DNA of 64,000 nt from an uncultured Alphaproteobacteria bacterium (GTDB lineage: Bacteria; Pseudomonadota; Alphaproteobacteria; Rhizobiales; Beijerinckiaceae), in the NCBI GenBank assembly GCA_963772555.1, contig CAVYXQ010000028.1, positions 27,369 to 91,368 on the forward strand, read 5' to 3'. A model generated the notes under the pieces. The model was not told the DNA's origin, ran no database searches, and was given only the letters and a program-made list of their open reading frames with translations. A program made the position numbers and the translations under genes. Positions 10,436 to 20,562 of this stretch are shown here, piece by piece (the first letter of the stretch is position 1; every line of letters starts with the position of its first letter).

Positions 10436-12179
10436 GTAACCGGGGCAAATTGCCGGGCGGGCTTGGGCTGGTTCAAGCAGGGGCTGGACTGACGAGGGTT
10501 GCGAGGTCTGGAATTTTTGGGCCTGGAAGTCCCAGTCGGTCGCCGATGAAGGCGTAGAACGACACTTTCAATTTCATGCAGGTTTTGGCCAGCCCGAGCA
10601 TGACGTCGCGGGCGTCGCGGCCTTTGTCGGAGACGGTTCCGCCAGAGATTTTTCTCTTGGTGACGAAGGCGCGGATGTCGTTTTCCGAGGCATTGGTGTT
10701 GAGCGGGATTTCTGGCCGCTCGAGCACGCGCAGCAACTCGTCCTTGTGGCGATGAAGGCGTTTGAGCAGGCTGTCGAGCGTGGCGTAGCCGGTTCGCGCG
10801 CGCTTGAAGATGCGGTCGAAGCGGGAGCGCAAGAACTCGGCCTGTTCGGGGTCCGGCGCGAGCTTGTAGTCTTTCAAGCAACGATAGAACCACCAGATCA
10901 TCCGCTTGGCGACCTCGACGGCGTTGCGCTGCTTGTCGTTGGCGGGAATGAGCTTGTGAACAAGCCGCTCGGCGTGAACCCAGCACAGCGCGTGCACGCC
11001 GACGCGGAACTGGCCGGCGTCGTCGGAGACGATCACCGTGCCCTGCAGCAAGCCCTGATGATGGACTGCGCCCCACAGCGCCGCCTCGCTGGCGATCAAG
11101 ACGGGATCCGGCAGGACCTTGATCGCGCCCAAAGCCAGCGCCTGCAAATGGCGCTCCCACTCGCCCGAGGAGGCGAAGATGCGCGCCTCATGCGCGATGA
11201 ACTTGTCGATCACGATCTGCGACAGATCGCGCCCTTTCATATAGTCGAGCGCGGCCTGGTTGATCACCCAGAGCGACGTTCCGCCGCAAAGCCGCGACAG
11301 AAACGCCAGACGCGATTTGGAGGGCCCCGTGCGAAACGCGGTGAAGTTGGAAGAGCCGATCTGCGTGGTGTAGCCGCTCTTGCCGGCGTGGCGCGCCCCC
11401 GTATCGTCGACCGTGACATAGGCGCCGCTCAGGCCGGCTTTCAGCACCGCCGCATCCTCGGCGCGAAACGTCTCCAGCTTGACTGTCAGCAGGCGAACCA
11501 CCTGCCGCTTCGAAATCACCACGCCCATCCCATTGAGCAGCGCAACGATCCGCTCGCAGGTCATTTGTCCGGCAAAGTGCAGCGTCAAGACCAGGCGATT
11601 CAGGTTGGGGCCATAACCCCCGACAATGCCGGAACCGAGATGGGCGACGACCGTCTCGCCGTCCGGCGTTTCCCACCGCTCACGCCGGTAGCGCGTCACC
11701 GTCGGCGTCAGGCTCAAGTCCTGAACCACCACCTCTTCGTAGCCCTTGCGGCGCGAGCCCGCCGGCGCATTTGCCCTCACCACCACCGTCGCGCCAATCG
11801 TCAGCTTGTCGAGTTGGCTGCCGCGCCGCTGCGTCGAGCGCCCGCCTTTCTCGCCGCCCCCGGCCTGCGGCCCTTTCGCGTCCGTCGCCCTGTCAATGCC
11901 CGACGGCTTGACCGGCGGACGCGGCGGCAAATGCTTCAGCCGCGCAAGCTCGTCCTTGACCGCCTGATGCTCGACTTTCAGCTTGGCCAACGCGCCGACC
12001 AGCTTCTCGTTCTCCGCCCCAAGCCGCTTCACCTCATGGATTAGATCGCGCACCACGCCGAGCAGGTCGTCATGCGAAAGCCGATCAAGCGAATCAGGGA
12101 TGCGCGCCGCCATCCCAAGCTTGAATCACACTTTGTCGCCGCTGACTCCCCCCTCCGCCCGAGAATTTGCCCCGGTTAC
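10436..12179 (-). mobile_element. IS66-family single-ORF insertion sequence (ISBst12-group-like), copy 1
   Basis: 1744 bp; ends GTAACCGGGGCAAATT with 23/25 inverted-repeat match; 9-bp direct repeat GGGCGTTGT at 10427-10435 and 12180-12188. Confidence 0.95.
10473..12113 (-). CDS. IS66-family transposase, 546 aa
   Basis: N-terminal coiled coil; VTVDDTG, IVSDDAGQF, ALCWVHAER, IPLNTNASENDIR DDE motifs. Confidence 0.93.
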   Translation of the reverse strand: MAARIPDSLDRLSHDDLLGVVRDLIHEVKRLGAENEKLVGALAKLKVEHQAVKDELARLKHLPPRPPVKPSGIDRATDAKGPQAGGGEKGGRSTQRRGSQLDKLTIGATVVVRANAPAGSRRKGYEEVVVQDLSLTPTVTRYRRERWETPDGETVVAHLGSGIVGGYGPNLNRLVLTLHFAGQMTCERIVALLNGMGVVISKRQVVRLLTVKLETFRAEDAAVLKAGLSGAYVTVDDTGARHAGKSGYTTQIGSSNFTAFRTGPSKSRLAFLSRLCGGTSLWVINQAALDYMKGRDLSQIVIDKFIAHEARIFASSGEWERHLQALALGAIKVLPDPVLIASEAALWGAVHHQGLLQGTVIVSDDAGQFRVGVHALCWVHAERLVHKLIPANDKQRNAVEVAKRMIWWFYRCLKDYKLAPDPEQAEFLRSRFDRIFKRARTGYATLDSLLKRLHRHKDELLRVLERPEIPLNTNASENDIRAFVTKRKISGGTVSDKGRDARDVMLGLAKTCMKLKVSFYAFIGDRLGLPGPKIPDLATLVSPAPA

Positions 12180-12271
12180 GGGCGTTGTGGGCGTTGTCCA
12201 CAACAGAGCCTTCGTTTCGGTATCAAATCGCCACCCCGTCGCCGCGGCGAAGAAAAGCTCCCGCGCCGCGC

Positions 12272-12530
12272 CATAAGAGCCCGGTCGAGAGCGCCGCATT
12301 CTCGCCGGACGGCGCGCGCGTCGTCGCGGCGTCGTGGGAAACCGACGCGGCTTTGGGACGTCGGCAGGATTCCGAAAAGGGAATCTGTTCCAGATCCGCC
12401 TGCGCCTGGTTGCCCAACCACGACCTTGACCGGCGCCGCCAAGGACTACGGCCTATCCGATCTGCGAGGCGACCGGCCTCTGCCCGATCCTCCGCCGCAT
12501 TCCCGCTTCGGCCGGGGAGGTCGCGGCTGA
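12272..12530 (+). pseudogene. C-terminal remnant of a WD40-repeat protein
   Basis: HKSPVESAAFSPDGARVVAASW, frameshift, then TRLWDV and an IPK(G)NLFQ.ACAWLP-like tail; no start codon. Confidence 0.7.
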
Positions 12531-12945
12531 CGGGCTCGATAGCGCCGCCGTGCCTCTCGACAATGTCGCGGGCGATCGCAGTGCCTCCGAAGCCACTCGG
12601 GACGGCCGGAGTGTGCAAATACCGGTCGTTCGCGGACGGCTTGGCGAAGAAGTCAAGCCGAGCTTGAGCCGGCTTTCAAGATCAACCGGGCGGGAAGCGA
12701 GAGGGCGAGCTTAGACTGAACGCGGATATTGCGCCATCGCCGACGACGTGGCGAACGAGTAAAAATCCAAACCAAGCCGCGATCCGCCTTGCTGGCGCGG
12801 CAACCCGTTCCTCACGTTTCGGTGTCGACTGAATTGTGCGATCGGGGTACGCACAATTCGATCCAGCTTGATTTGAGAATTGACATTGCCACCGGCCTGT
12901 TGGAGCCTTTTAGGATTGTGTCCCAAATCGCCCGGCGAAGGATGC

Positions 12946-13160
12946 GTGACGGTGGCGTGCGCCATCCAGGTCGACTTCGGCCGGCTTCTCGGCGACATCC
13001 GCCTTCTCGTCGAGCGCGTCGGACAGCTCGCCAAGCATCTCCGTCAGGCGGAGGACGATCTCGCGCCTCTCGGCGCGTCGAGCGCCCGTATCCACTACCG
13101 CTCTGCGCGCATCTTGATCATGGAGCTCGACGAGGTCGAGCCCGAGGAGGCGCCCGACCT
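12946..13160 (+). pseudogene. Fragment resembling the RmuC C-terminus
   Basis: IQVDFGRLLGDIRLLVERVGQLAKHLRQAEDDL resembles the rhizobial RmuC C-terminal coiled coil as I recall it; the rest of the gene is absent. Confidence 0.4.
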
Positions 13161-13348
13161 GCTGCGGCTTGCGCGACGCGGGGCTCAGCAGAATCGGCAG
13201 GCTTCCGCTGAGGAGAATGGGCCCTTTCAACATGCGCAGGGCGGCGCCAGGGGCGGCGGAAGGCCGCCCCATGAACGCGCCAAGCCCCGGTGCGGACAAC
13301 CGCGCGCCCGACGCCCGGGCGGGCACGGGCGCAGCCAGCCTCCAACGC

Positions 13349-14864
13349 ATGACCTCGAATGTCGCCGCACAGCTGTTCTCCCTCGCGGCCTCCGCAATCG
13401 ATCGCTTGGTTCTGGTCGGAATCCTGGTCCGAACCTGGGGGCCGGAACTGTTCTCCGACTATGTCGTCATTCAGTCGATGGCCGCGATGCTCACCATCGT
13501 CGAGGCGGGCCTCCAGATCTATTTCGTGAACGTCGAGAAGGCGGCCTTCGTCGCCGACGACGTCCAGGCGTTCCGCCGCTTCGCGGCGATCCACCTCGCC
13601 CTGATTCTGGCGATTGTCGCGGCGACAGCGGCGGGTTTCGTGGTCTTCATAGTCGCCGGCGGATCGGCTCATCTGTTTCATCTGTCGAGGCTCGAGGCGA
13701 GCGCCGCCCGCGACGTTTTCGTCGTTTACGCGCTGGGCAGCCTGTTGACCGTGCTGCGCTCCGCGACCACAACGATCTACACCGCCGCCGGGGACTTCGC
13801 CTTCGTCGTGACGCTGACCGCGATCTTCCTCGCCACCAATACCCTGGCGGCGATCGTCGCGGTGCTGGCCGGCGCCGGGCCATTGACGTTGGCGGCGATC
13901 TACCTCGCGGTCACCGGGATCGGCTCGGTCGCCTATTTCGCCTGGGATGCCCGCCGACGATATGCCGATTTGGTTGCCTTACCGGCGAGGCCGACGCGTG
14001 CCGAACTGAGGGAGCTCGGGGTCCACCTCAAATGGTTCAGCCTGCAGTCGATCGCGCCGACGATCTGGCTGCAGACACCCGTTCTTGTGTTCAACGCCTG
14101 GCGGGCCTCGGGCGAGGACATAGCTGCCTTTCTCGTGGTCCGCACCATGGTTAACCTGATCCGGCAGTCCTTCCAGTTCGCGGCGATCGGCGCCGGGCTC
14201 GAGATCGCGACGCTCTCGCATCGCGGAGATTTCGCACGGCGCTTGGCGGCTGTCGGCTGCGGTCGGGCGCTTGACGACGACGGTCAGCGCGGTCTGCGTC
14301 GCCGGCATGCTGAGCTTCGGGGCCGGGATCACGCTGCTTTGGACCGGACGCGAAAGCCTGTTTTCACCCTCGATCGCCGCCTGGCTGCTTTTGCCGCTGA
14401 TGCTTGTCGCGCCGCTTCAGCAACCGTTGGCGCTTCTCCAATATGCGAATCTGTCGACCGCCCCGGGCCTGCAGCGGCTGGCGCTGATCCTCCTGACGCC
14501 GCTATGCTGCGCGCTCGGCGCGCTCTCCTGCGGAACGCTCGGCGCCGTTATCGGCCTCGCCGTCGCGGAGGTCGCAGCATCATGGGCGCTGCTGCCTCTG
14601 CTTGCGTCGGCGCTCGCCGGCTTCCGACGATATTGCCTCGGCATGCTTGGCGCCGCGACGGCGACGCTCACCCTGTGCGGGATTGTCGGCCTTGGCTTGA
14701 CCATAGCTTTCCCGTCGGTCTCGCTTGCGGCGATGGCCAGCAAGATCGGCGTCTGGGCGCTGACGGCGGCCGGGCCGACGATCTTTCTCGCGTTGCCAGG
14801 GACGCTGCGCGCCGCGCTGGTGGGCCGCGTCCATCGGCTCGCGGGCGTCCGTTCCGGTCCGTGA
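13349..14864 (+). CDS. Polysaccharide flippase / Wzx-like membrane protein (+1 frameshift at 14228-14233)
   Basis: Many TM segments over two frames; deleting one T from GATTTC gives a continuous GDSHGAWRLSAAVGRLTTTVSA. Confidence 0.7.
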
Positions 14865-14960
14865 AACGAAAGCGCCGGAGATTTTCTCCGCACGGTGGGT
14901 CCTGCTACTACAGGCGCGGCGCGCACGGACGGGCGACGCCTTCGGACTGAGCTTCGCCGT

Positions 14961-15725
14961 ATGCTTTATTGGATATCCAAGGCCATCTGGCGTCTCGTAG
15001 AGCCCGACAACCTGCTGTTGCTCATCGCGCTGTTCGGATTGACGAGCGCATTTGCAGGGCGACGGCGTCTTGGCTTCAGCGTACTGACAGCCGCCCTCGT
15101 CGCGATGCTCTGCATCGCGACACTGCCGATCGGCGCGGTCATGCTGGGCAGTCTTGAGGCGCAATTTCCGGAGCCGCGCATCGAAGGTCCGATCGACGGC
15201 GTCATCGTGCTCGGCGGCGCTCTGAATCCTGAGGCCTATTTCGCCCACCCTGGCTCGGGCCTCAACAGCGCCGTGGCGCGGATCATCGAGGCGGCTCGTC
15301 TGGCGCGAGCTTACCCGACGGCCCGCATCGTCTACTCGGGCGGACCGAGACCGAGCGAAGCGCCCAACGCCAATGAGGGCGAGGCCGCGCGCGATCTCCT
15401 CGTCGCGCTCGGGGTCGATCCTGCGCGCATCACGCTCGATCTCGAATCTCGCAACACCTATGAAAACGCCCGGGAAGCCGCACGATTGATTGAGCCGCGC
15501 CCGGGCGCGCGATGGCTCCTAGTCACCTCCGCTTTCCACATGCCGCGCGCCGTGGCCTGCTTCAGAGCGGTTGGCTTTCCCGTCACGGCGTTTCCCGTCG
15601 ACTTCAAATATCGTCAGCGGGAAAGGGTCGGCTTCGACTTCGCCTCCGGCCTCGCTGATCTCGATCTCGCGGCGCACGAATGGGTCGGGCTCATCGCCTA
15701 TCGGATGCTCGGCCGGACCCTTTGA
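14961..15725 (+). CDS. YdcF/DUF218 (ElyC-like) membrane protein
   Basis: Two N-terminal TM helices, GVIVLGG, IVYSGG, ESRNTYENA, LLVTSAFHMPRA, HEWVGL. Confidence 0.9.
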   Translation: MLYWISKAIWRLVEPDNLLLLIALFGLTSAFAGRRRLGFSVLTAALVAMLCIATLPIGAVMLGSLEAQFPEPRIEGPIDGVIVLGGALNPEAYFAHPGSGLNSAVARIIEAARLARAYPTARIVYSGGPRPSEAPNANEGEAARDLLVALGVDPARITLDLESRNTYENAREAARLIEPRPGARWLLVTSAFHMPRAVACFRAVGFPVTAFPVDFKYRQRERVGFDFASGLADLDLAAHEWVGLIAYRMLGRTL

Positions 15726-15772
15726 ATAGGCGCCCGGCCCATAAAATCTTTCCATGGAACCGCGGCTGAGGC

Positions 15773-16837
15773 TCAAGAGGTGAGGAAATCCGCCATCGCG
15801 GCCTGGAGCCGCGCGTCGAAACGCGAAAAGCAATATTCTTCTCTCCAGCGCCGGAGGCCTTGCGCGCCGAGGCGCGCACAGAGATCTCGGTCCCGCAGCA
15901 GTCCGATGAGCGTATCGGCCAAGGCGTCCGGGCGGTCGCGCGGGACGTTGAAGCCCGTCACACCGTCGACATTAACTTCCTGTCCCGCATCCTCGGTCGA
16001 GGCCAGGACCGGGACGCCGTGGCGCATCGCCTCGACATAAACGAGGCCGAATCCCTCCTTGCGGCTCGGCATCGCCATAACCGTGGCCTCGCGCCAAAGC
16101 GCTTCGATTTCGCCGCCAGGCACGAAGCCCTTGAACGCGATCGAGGCGGTCGCAAGCGAACACGCAGCGAGCGCTCGCGCGCTGTCGAGCCCGCCACCGC
16201 CGCCGGCGATGAGCAAGCGGGCCTCTGGAACCGCCTTGACCACACGCGGCCAGACGGCAATCAAGAGATCATGCCCCTTGGGCAGTCCCGGATCGATGCG
16301 GCCGAAGACGAGAACCGTCGGAGGGCTTTGTGAGGGGCCGACGAAGGCGGGCGCCTCGTCGCTCGCCGTGCCCAGCGGGCATATGCGGACGCGCGCGGCG
16401 TCTCGAAGCGCTCGCGACGCGCGCTCGCGCGTGTAATCGCTGTTGACGAGAACGAGAGCGGCGCGATGCAAAGCCCGAAGTCTCGAGGACCTCGGCTCGT
16501 CCCAGACCTCGATGCCATGCGCCCAGACCGCGCTCGGGCGCGGGCGCCCGAGCGAAAAGCGCCCTGCGCGCGCCGTGCCTGCGAAGTCGTAGACGACGTG
16601 GGTCGCATTGCGCGCCGCAAAGGCGGCGCGGGCGACGAAAGCGAAGCGGCCGCCGCGAAAGGCTTCGATCGGAACCCCTTCGTAGAAGAAGCTTTCGGGA
16701 TCGAGGCAGGCAAGCGAGCGCGTCGCATGCCGTCGCCCAAGCGATTTAGCGGTCAGCCGCGCGACCTCCGCAATGCCACCCGCGCCCTCGCTCATGTGTT
16801 GCGCGCAGATCAAGATCGAGAGTTCGCGGGTGCTCAC
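15773..16837 (-). CDS. GT4-family glycosyltransferase
   Basis: VFGRID..KGHDLLI, MPSRKEGFGLVYVEAMRHGVPV; GTG start approximate. Confidence 0.88.
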   Translation of the reverse strand: MSTRELSILICAQHMSEGAGGIAEVARLTAKSLGRRHATRSLACLDPESFFYEGVPIEAFRGGRFAFVARAAFAARNATHVVYDFAGTARAGRFSLGRPRPSAVWAHGIEVWDEPRSSRLRALHRAALVLVNSDYTRERASRALRDAARVRICPLGTASDEAPAFVGPSQSPPTVLVFGRIDPGLPKGHDLLIAVWPRVVKAVPEARLLIAGGGGGLDSARALAACSLATASIAFKGFVPGGEIEALWREATVMAMPSRKEGFGLVYVEAMRHGVPVLASTEDAGQEVNVDGVTGFNVPRDRPDALADTLIGLLRDRDLCARLGAQGLRRWREEYCFSRFDARLQAAMADFLTS

Positions 16838-16949
16838 GATGGGTGTATCGACCTTGCTGACGGACCTCGATCCGGGGTCGCCCGGCCCCCTTCGCACGTC
16901 GCCCACCGGCGCCGGATCAACCCAGCCAATGGAATCGACGGCGCTCGGA

Positions 16950-17538
16950 GGGGGTCGCGATTGAAGTGATCCATGGCGGCCATGATGCGGTCCTTGAGTT
17001 CCCGTTTGGATGCGACGCAGATATAGCGCAGACCGAGCGGGCGAGCGTGGTCTCCTTGGAGATGTGCGGCGGATGATTGTCGAGGATGGGATTGATCGCT
17101 ATTTGGGCCGGATAGGCGGCATCCAGCAAGCTGACCGTTCCGTGGCGCTTGTACTGGTGATCGCGGGCCAAGGCCACATATCTGCGGGGCACAGGCGGCG
17201 GGTCCGGGGCGGTCGTGGCGATCGCTTGAATGCCAGGCTTCTCATCGTAGGAGACCATCGCCACCGCATCGCTCGGCTTTTGTTTCGAGGCGTTTTCCCG
17301 GTAGCAAAGCAGCGTCCGCGCTCGCCCGACCCGGCTCGCCGATTCCGTTCGCGGGCAGGCGACCGCGCGCAAAGCCGCCAGATCCTCCTCGTTCATCGCC
17401 AATTCGATCGCTTGCGCCGTCCCGCCACGACCTCGAACCTCGCTTCCCAATCAAAGCACAAGAACTACAAGCCATGCCGAGAAAAGTGAATCCTCGGCAC
17501 GGGATTGGTTTCGTGAAACCAATGAACCAGTCCCTGTA
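16950..17538 (-). mobile_element. IS630-family transposase remnant (internally deleted)
   Basis: Pieces VSYDEKPGIQAIATTAPD, DHQYKRHGTVSLL, ILDNH..HISKET and KRELKDRIMAAMDHFNRDP; ends approximate. Confidence 0.8.
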
Positions 17539-17582
17539 AGTTAAAGTCGACCTGCTATCACGATGCTGTGAAAATAGTTCTG

Positions 17583-17679
17583 TTGACGGTCAATATTCGC
17601 GCTAGCGGGAAAAAATGCTTCGTGGTTTGGTCGGCGGGGGTCGGACGCAGCGGCAGAGCACCGCTTGACAGTCAATAGT
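17583..17679. promoter_or_regulatory. Two palindromic TTGAC-N-GTCAA boxes upstream of the UDP-sugar dehydrogenase
   Basis: TTGACGGTCAATATT (17583) and TTGACAGTCAATAGT (17665): 13/15 identical, 82 bp apart. Confidence 0.5.
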
Positions 17680-17827
17680 CGCGCGCATAGCGGATGAAGC
17701 CCACAAGGATGCTTCGTGCTCGGGTCAGCGGCCTTTGGCGCAGCAGCGGTGCGCCGCCGCTCTCCAGGGTTAGCTGCGGCGTCTCACCTTGGAAGGCGCT
17801 TCCGCCGGACTCGAGTTCACGATCCTC

Positions 17828-19106
17828 ATGAAAAACTTGTCCGATCTGAAACTCGCGGTGATCGGCCTCGGATACGTCGGCCTGCCGCTCGCGGTCGAAT
17901 TCTCGAAGCGGTTTCCGGTCGTCGGCTTCGACATCAATCTGACGCGCATCGAGGCGCTGCGCGCCTGGCGCGACGAGACGCTCGAATTGAGCGAGGTGGA
18001 GCTGCGGTCGGCGAAGGATCTGACCTATTCGCTCGACATTCGCGATCTCGCAGATTGCAACTTCTATATCGTCACCGTCCCGACCCCGATCAACGAACAC
18101 AAGCAGCCCGACCTCGGTCACCTGATCAATGCCTCGCGCTCAATCGGATCTGTGCTGAAGCGCGGCGATATCGTCGTCTATGAGTTCGACCGTCTACCCC
18201 GGCGCTACCGAGGAAATCTGCGTTCCGACCTTGGAGAGGGTCTCCAAGCTCTCCTTCAATGTGGACTTCTTTGCGGGCTACAGCCCGGAGCGCATCAATC
18301 CGGGCGACAAGACGCGGCGGCTGACGAACATCAAGAAGATCACCTCGGGTTCGACGCCAGAAGTAGCCGAGTGCGTCGACGCGGTCTATCGCGAGATCGT
18401 CGTGGCCGGAACGCACAAGGCGCCGAGCATCAAGGTGGCCGAGGCCGCCAAAGTGATCGAAAACACCCAGCGCGACGTCAACATCGCCATCGTCAACGAA
18501 TTCACGATGATCTTCAATCGATTGGGGATCGACACCGAGGCCGTTCTCGTCGCCGCCGGCACAAAATGGAACTTCCTGCCGTTCCGACCCGGCCTCGTTG
18601 GCGGGCACTGCACGGGGGTCGATCCCTACTATCTTAGCCAGAAAGCGATGGCGGTCGGCTACCATCCCGAGATCATCCTGGCGGCTCGACGACTCAACGA
18701 CAGCATGGGTCGTTATGTCGCCTCCCAGTTGATCAAGGCGATGGTGAAGAGTGATATCCATGTCGTGAGCGCGCGAGTCCTCGTGATGGGCCTCGCATTC
18801 AAGGAAAACTGTCCCGATGTGCGAAACACCCGCGTCGTCGATTTTGTTCACGAGCTGACCGAATTCAGTGTGGCGGTCGATGTGTGGGACCCTTGGGTCG
18901 TCGCAGAGGAGGCGAAGCGCGAGTACGACCTCGATCTCGTCGCCGGCCCCGAGGCCGGCGCGTACGATGCGATCATAATCGCGGTCGCTCACGACGAATT
19001 TCGCGGCATGGGCGCCGCTCGTATTCGCGCCCTCGGCAAGGAACGGCATGTGCTCTACGATTTGAAATATGTCCTTGCCGAGACGGAGGCCGACCTGCGT
19101 CTGTAG
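17828..19106 (+). CDS. UDP-N-acetylhexosamine dehydrogenase (TviB/WbpO type), +1 frameshift at 18182-18187
   Basis: [53 protein letters not shown]; removing one T restores YESTVYPG. Confidence 0.92.
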
Positions 19107-19169
19107 GCTCCCCTTCACTCTTGGGGTTTTCCTAATCAAAAAAATGCGATTAGATGACCTATCGGAAAC

Positions 19170-20558
19170 ATGCGATGCTGTGTGAACCGTGCGCATCACG
19201 ACGCGCCGCCACATTCTTTTTTGCCGAGACCTGACGCGGTGCTCTACGACAAGGACTCGATTTCGACTGGCGCTTTGCGGAAGTCGCGGGGCGTCGCGGC
19301 AGTCGTCGCTGACGCGCCCGCGAGCGCGATCTTGATCCCATGTCTGACGTTGCTTGGTGCGGTCTTCCTTGCGATCGGACAGCACCTGGTGGCGACGTGG
19401 GCGATCGCCTCCGACGAGGCCCCGGAGGGGGTGCTGAATACCTCGCTCGGCCTCTTTCTCGCTATCTTGAGCGGTTACTATGTCCTGAAGCGGATTTCGG
19501 AATTTCAGAGCATACCAACTGTCGGCGCGGTGCTGACGATTTTCACTGTCTCGTTCCTGACGGTGGTGTGCGGCCTTCTGCTGGCCGGAATCGCGCATCG
19601 GCCGCTGTCTCTCTTCACCGGCTATGTCGTCACCGTGATCTGGTTCGCCGCCGCCTTCAGACTCGGCGCGCGGCGGCGAACGCCGCGGTTCGCTTTGGCG
19701 CCCGTCGGCGAGGCGGCTTGCGTGCGCTCTCTCGCGGGCGCACGGTGGAAGCACGTCGACCCGTGGACGCCGCCTGAGGCATGCGACGGCGTCGTCATCG
19801 ATCTGGCCATCGATCTCGACGCCGAATGGCGAGCCTACCTCACCGCGTGCGTGCTCGCGGGCATTCCCATCTATCACTTCAGAACCGTCACCGAGGCGCT
19901 GACCGGACGGCTAGAGATCGACCATCTCTCCGAGAGCATGTTCGTCGATGTCAGCACGCACCGCTATTATAGCGTCGTTAAGCGCGTCGTCGACTGGGTC
20001 GCCGCCGTCATCGCCATAGTCGCGCTCGGTCCGTTTCTGCTGCTTGTCGCCATGCTGATTCGACTCGACTCCAGGGGTCCAGCGCTTTTTCGTCAGACTC
20101 GACGTACGAAGGATGGGCGGCTGTTCACGATGTACAAGTTTCGCACCATGAAGGTGGGTGCGACTGAGCCGGGCTCGCTGCAGGACGCGATGACCCGCGA
20201 ACGCGACGCGCGGATCACGCGTTTGGGCGCTTCCTTGCGCAGAACCCGGATCGACGAGTTGCCGCAGATCCTGAACATCATACGAGGCGAGATGAGTTGG
20301 ATCGGGCCGCGACCCGAAGCGGCGCTGCTCGCCGAATGGTACGAGGGCCAGTTGCCGTACTACGGATATCGATATTTGGTCCGACCCGGCATCACGGGCT
20401 GGGCGCAGGTCAACCAGGGGCACGTCACCGAGCCGGACGCCGTGCGCTCCAAGCTGCATTACGACTTCTACTACATCAAATACTTGTCCATCTGGCTTGA
20501 CGTCCTGATCGTCCTGAAGACTATCCGCACGATTTTAACAGGGTTCGGCGCGCGCTGA
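19170..20558 (+). CDS. Initiating polyprenyl-phosphate sugar phosphotransferase (WcaJ/ExoY family)
   Basis: N-terminal TM helices; KRVVDW, MYKFRTM, RTRIDELPQILNIIRGEMSWIGPRPE, PGITGWAQV; start uncertain. Confidence 0.92.
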   Translation: MRCCVNRAHHDAPPHSFLPRPDAVLYDKDSISTGALRKSRGVAAVVADAPASAILIPCLTLLGAVFLAIGQHLVATWAIASDEAPEGVLNTSLGLFLAILSGYYVLKRISEFQSIPTVGAVLTIFTVSFLTVVCGLLLAGIAHRPLSLFTGYVVTVIWFAAAFRLGARRRTPRFALAPVGEAACVRSLAGARWKHVDPWTPPEACDGVVIDLAIDLDAEWRAYLTACVLAGIPIYHFRTVTEALTGRLEIDHLSESMFVDVSTHRYYSVVKRVVDWVAAVIAIVALGPFLLLVAMLIRLDSRGPALFRQTRRTKDGRLFTMYKFRTMKVGATEPGSLQDAMTRERDARITRLGASLRRTRIDELPQILNIIRGEMSWIGPRPEAALLAEWYEGQLPYYGYRYLVRPGITGWAQVNQGHVTEPDAVRSKLHYDFYYIKYLSIWLDVLIVLKTIRTILTGFGAR

Positions 20559-20562
20559 AGTC

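Noticed and set aside
12540-12620. Minus-strand GFGGTAIARDIVERHGGAI as a histidine-kinase fragment
   Set aside because: Too short and degenerate to call without a search.
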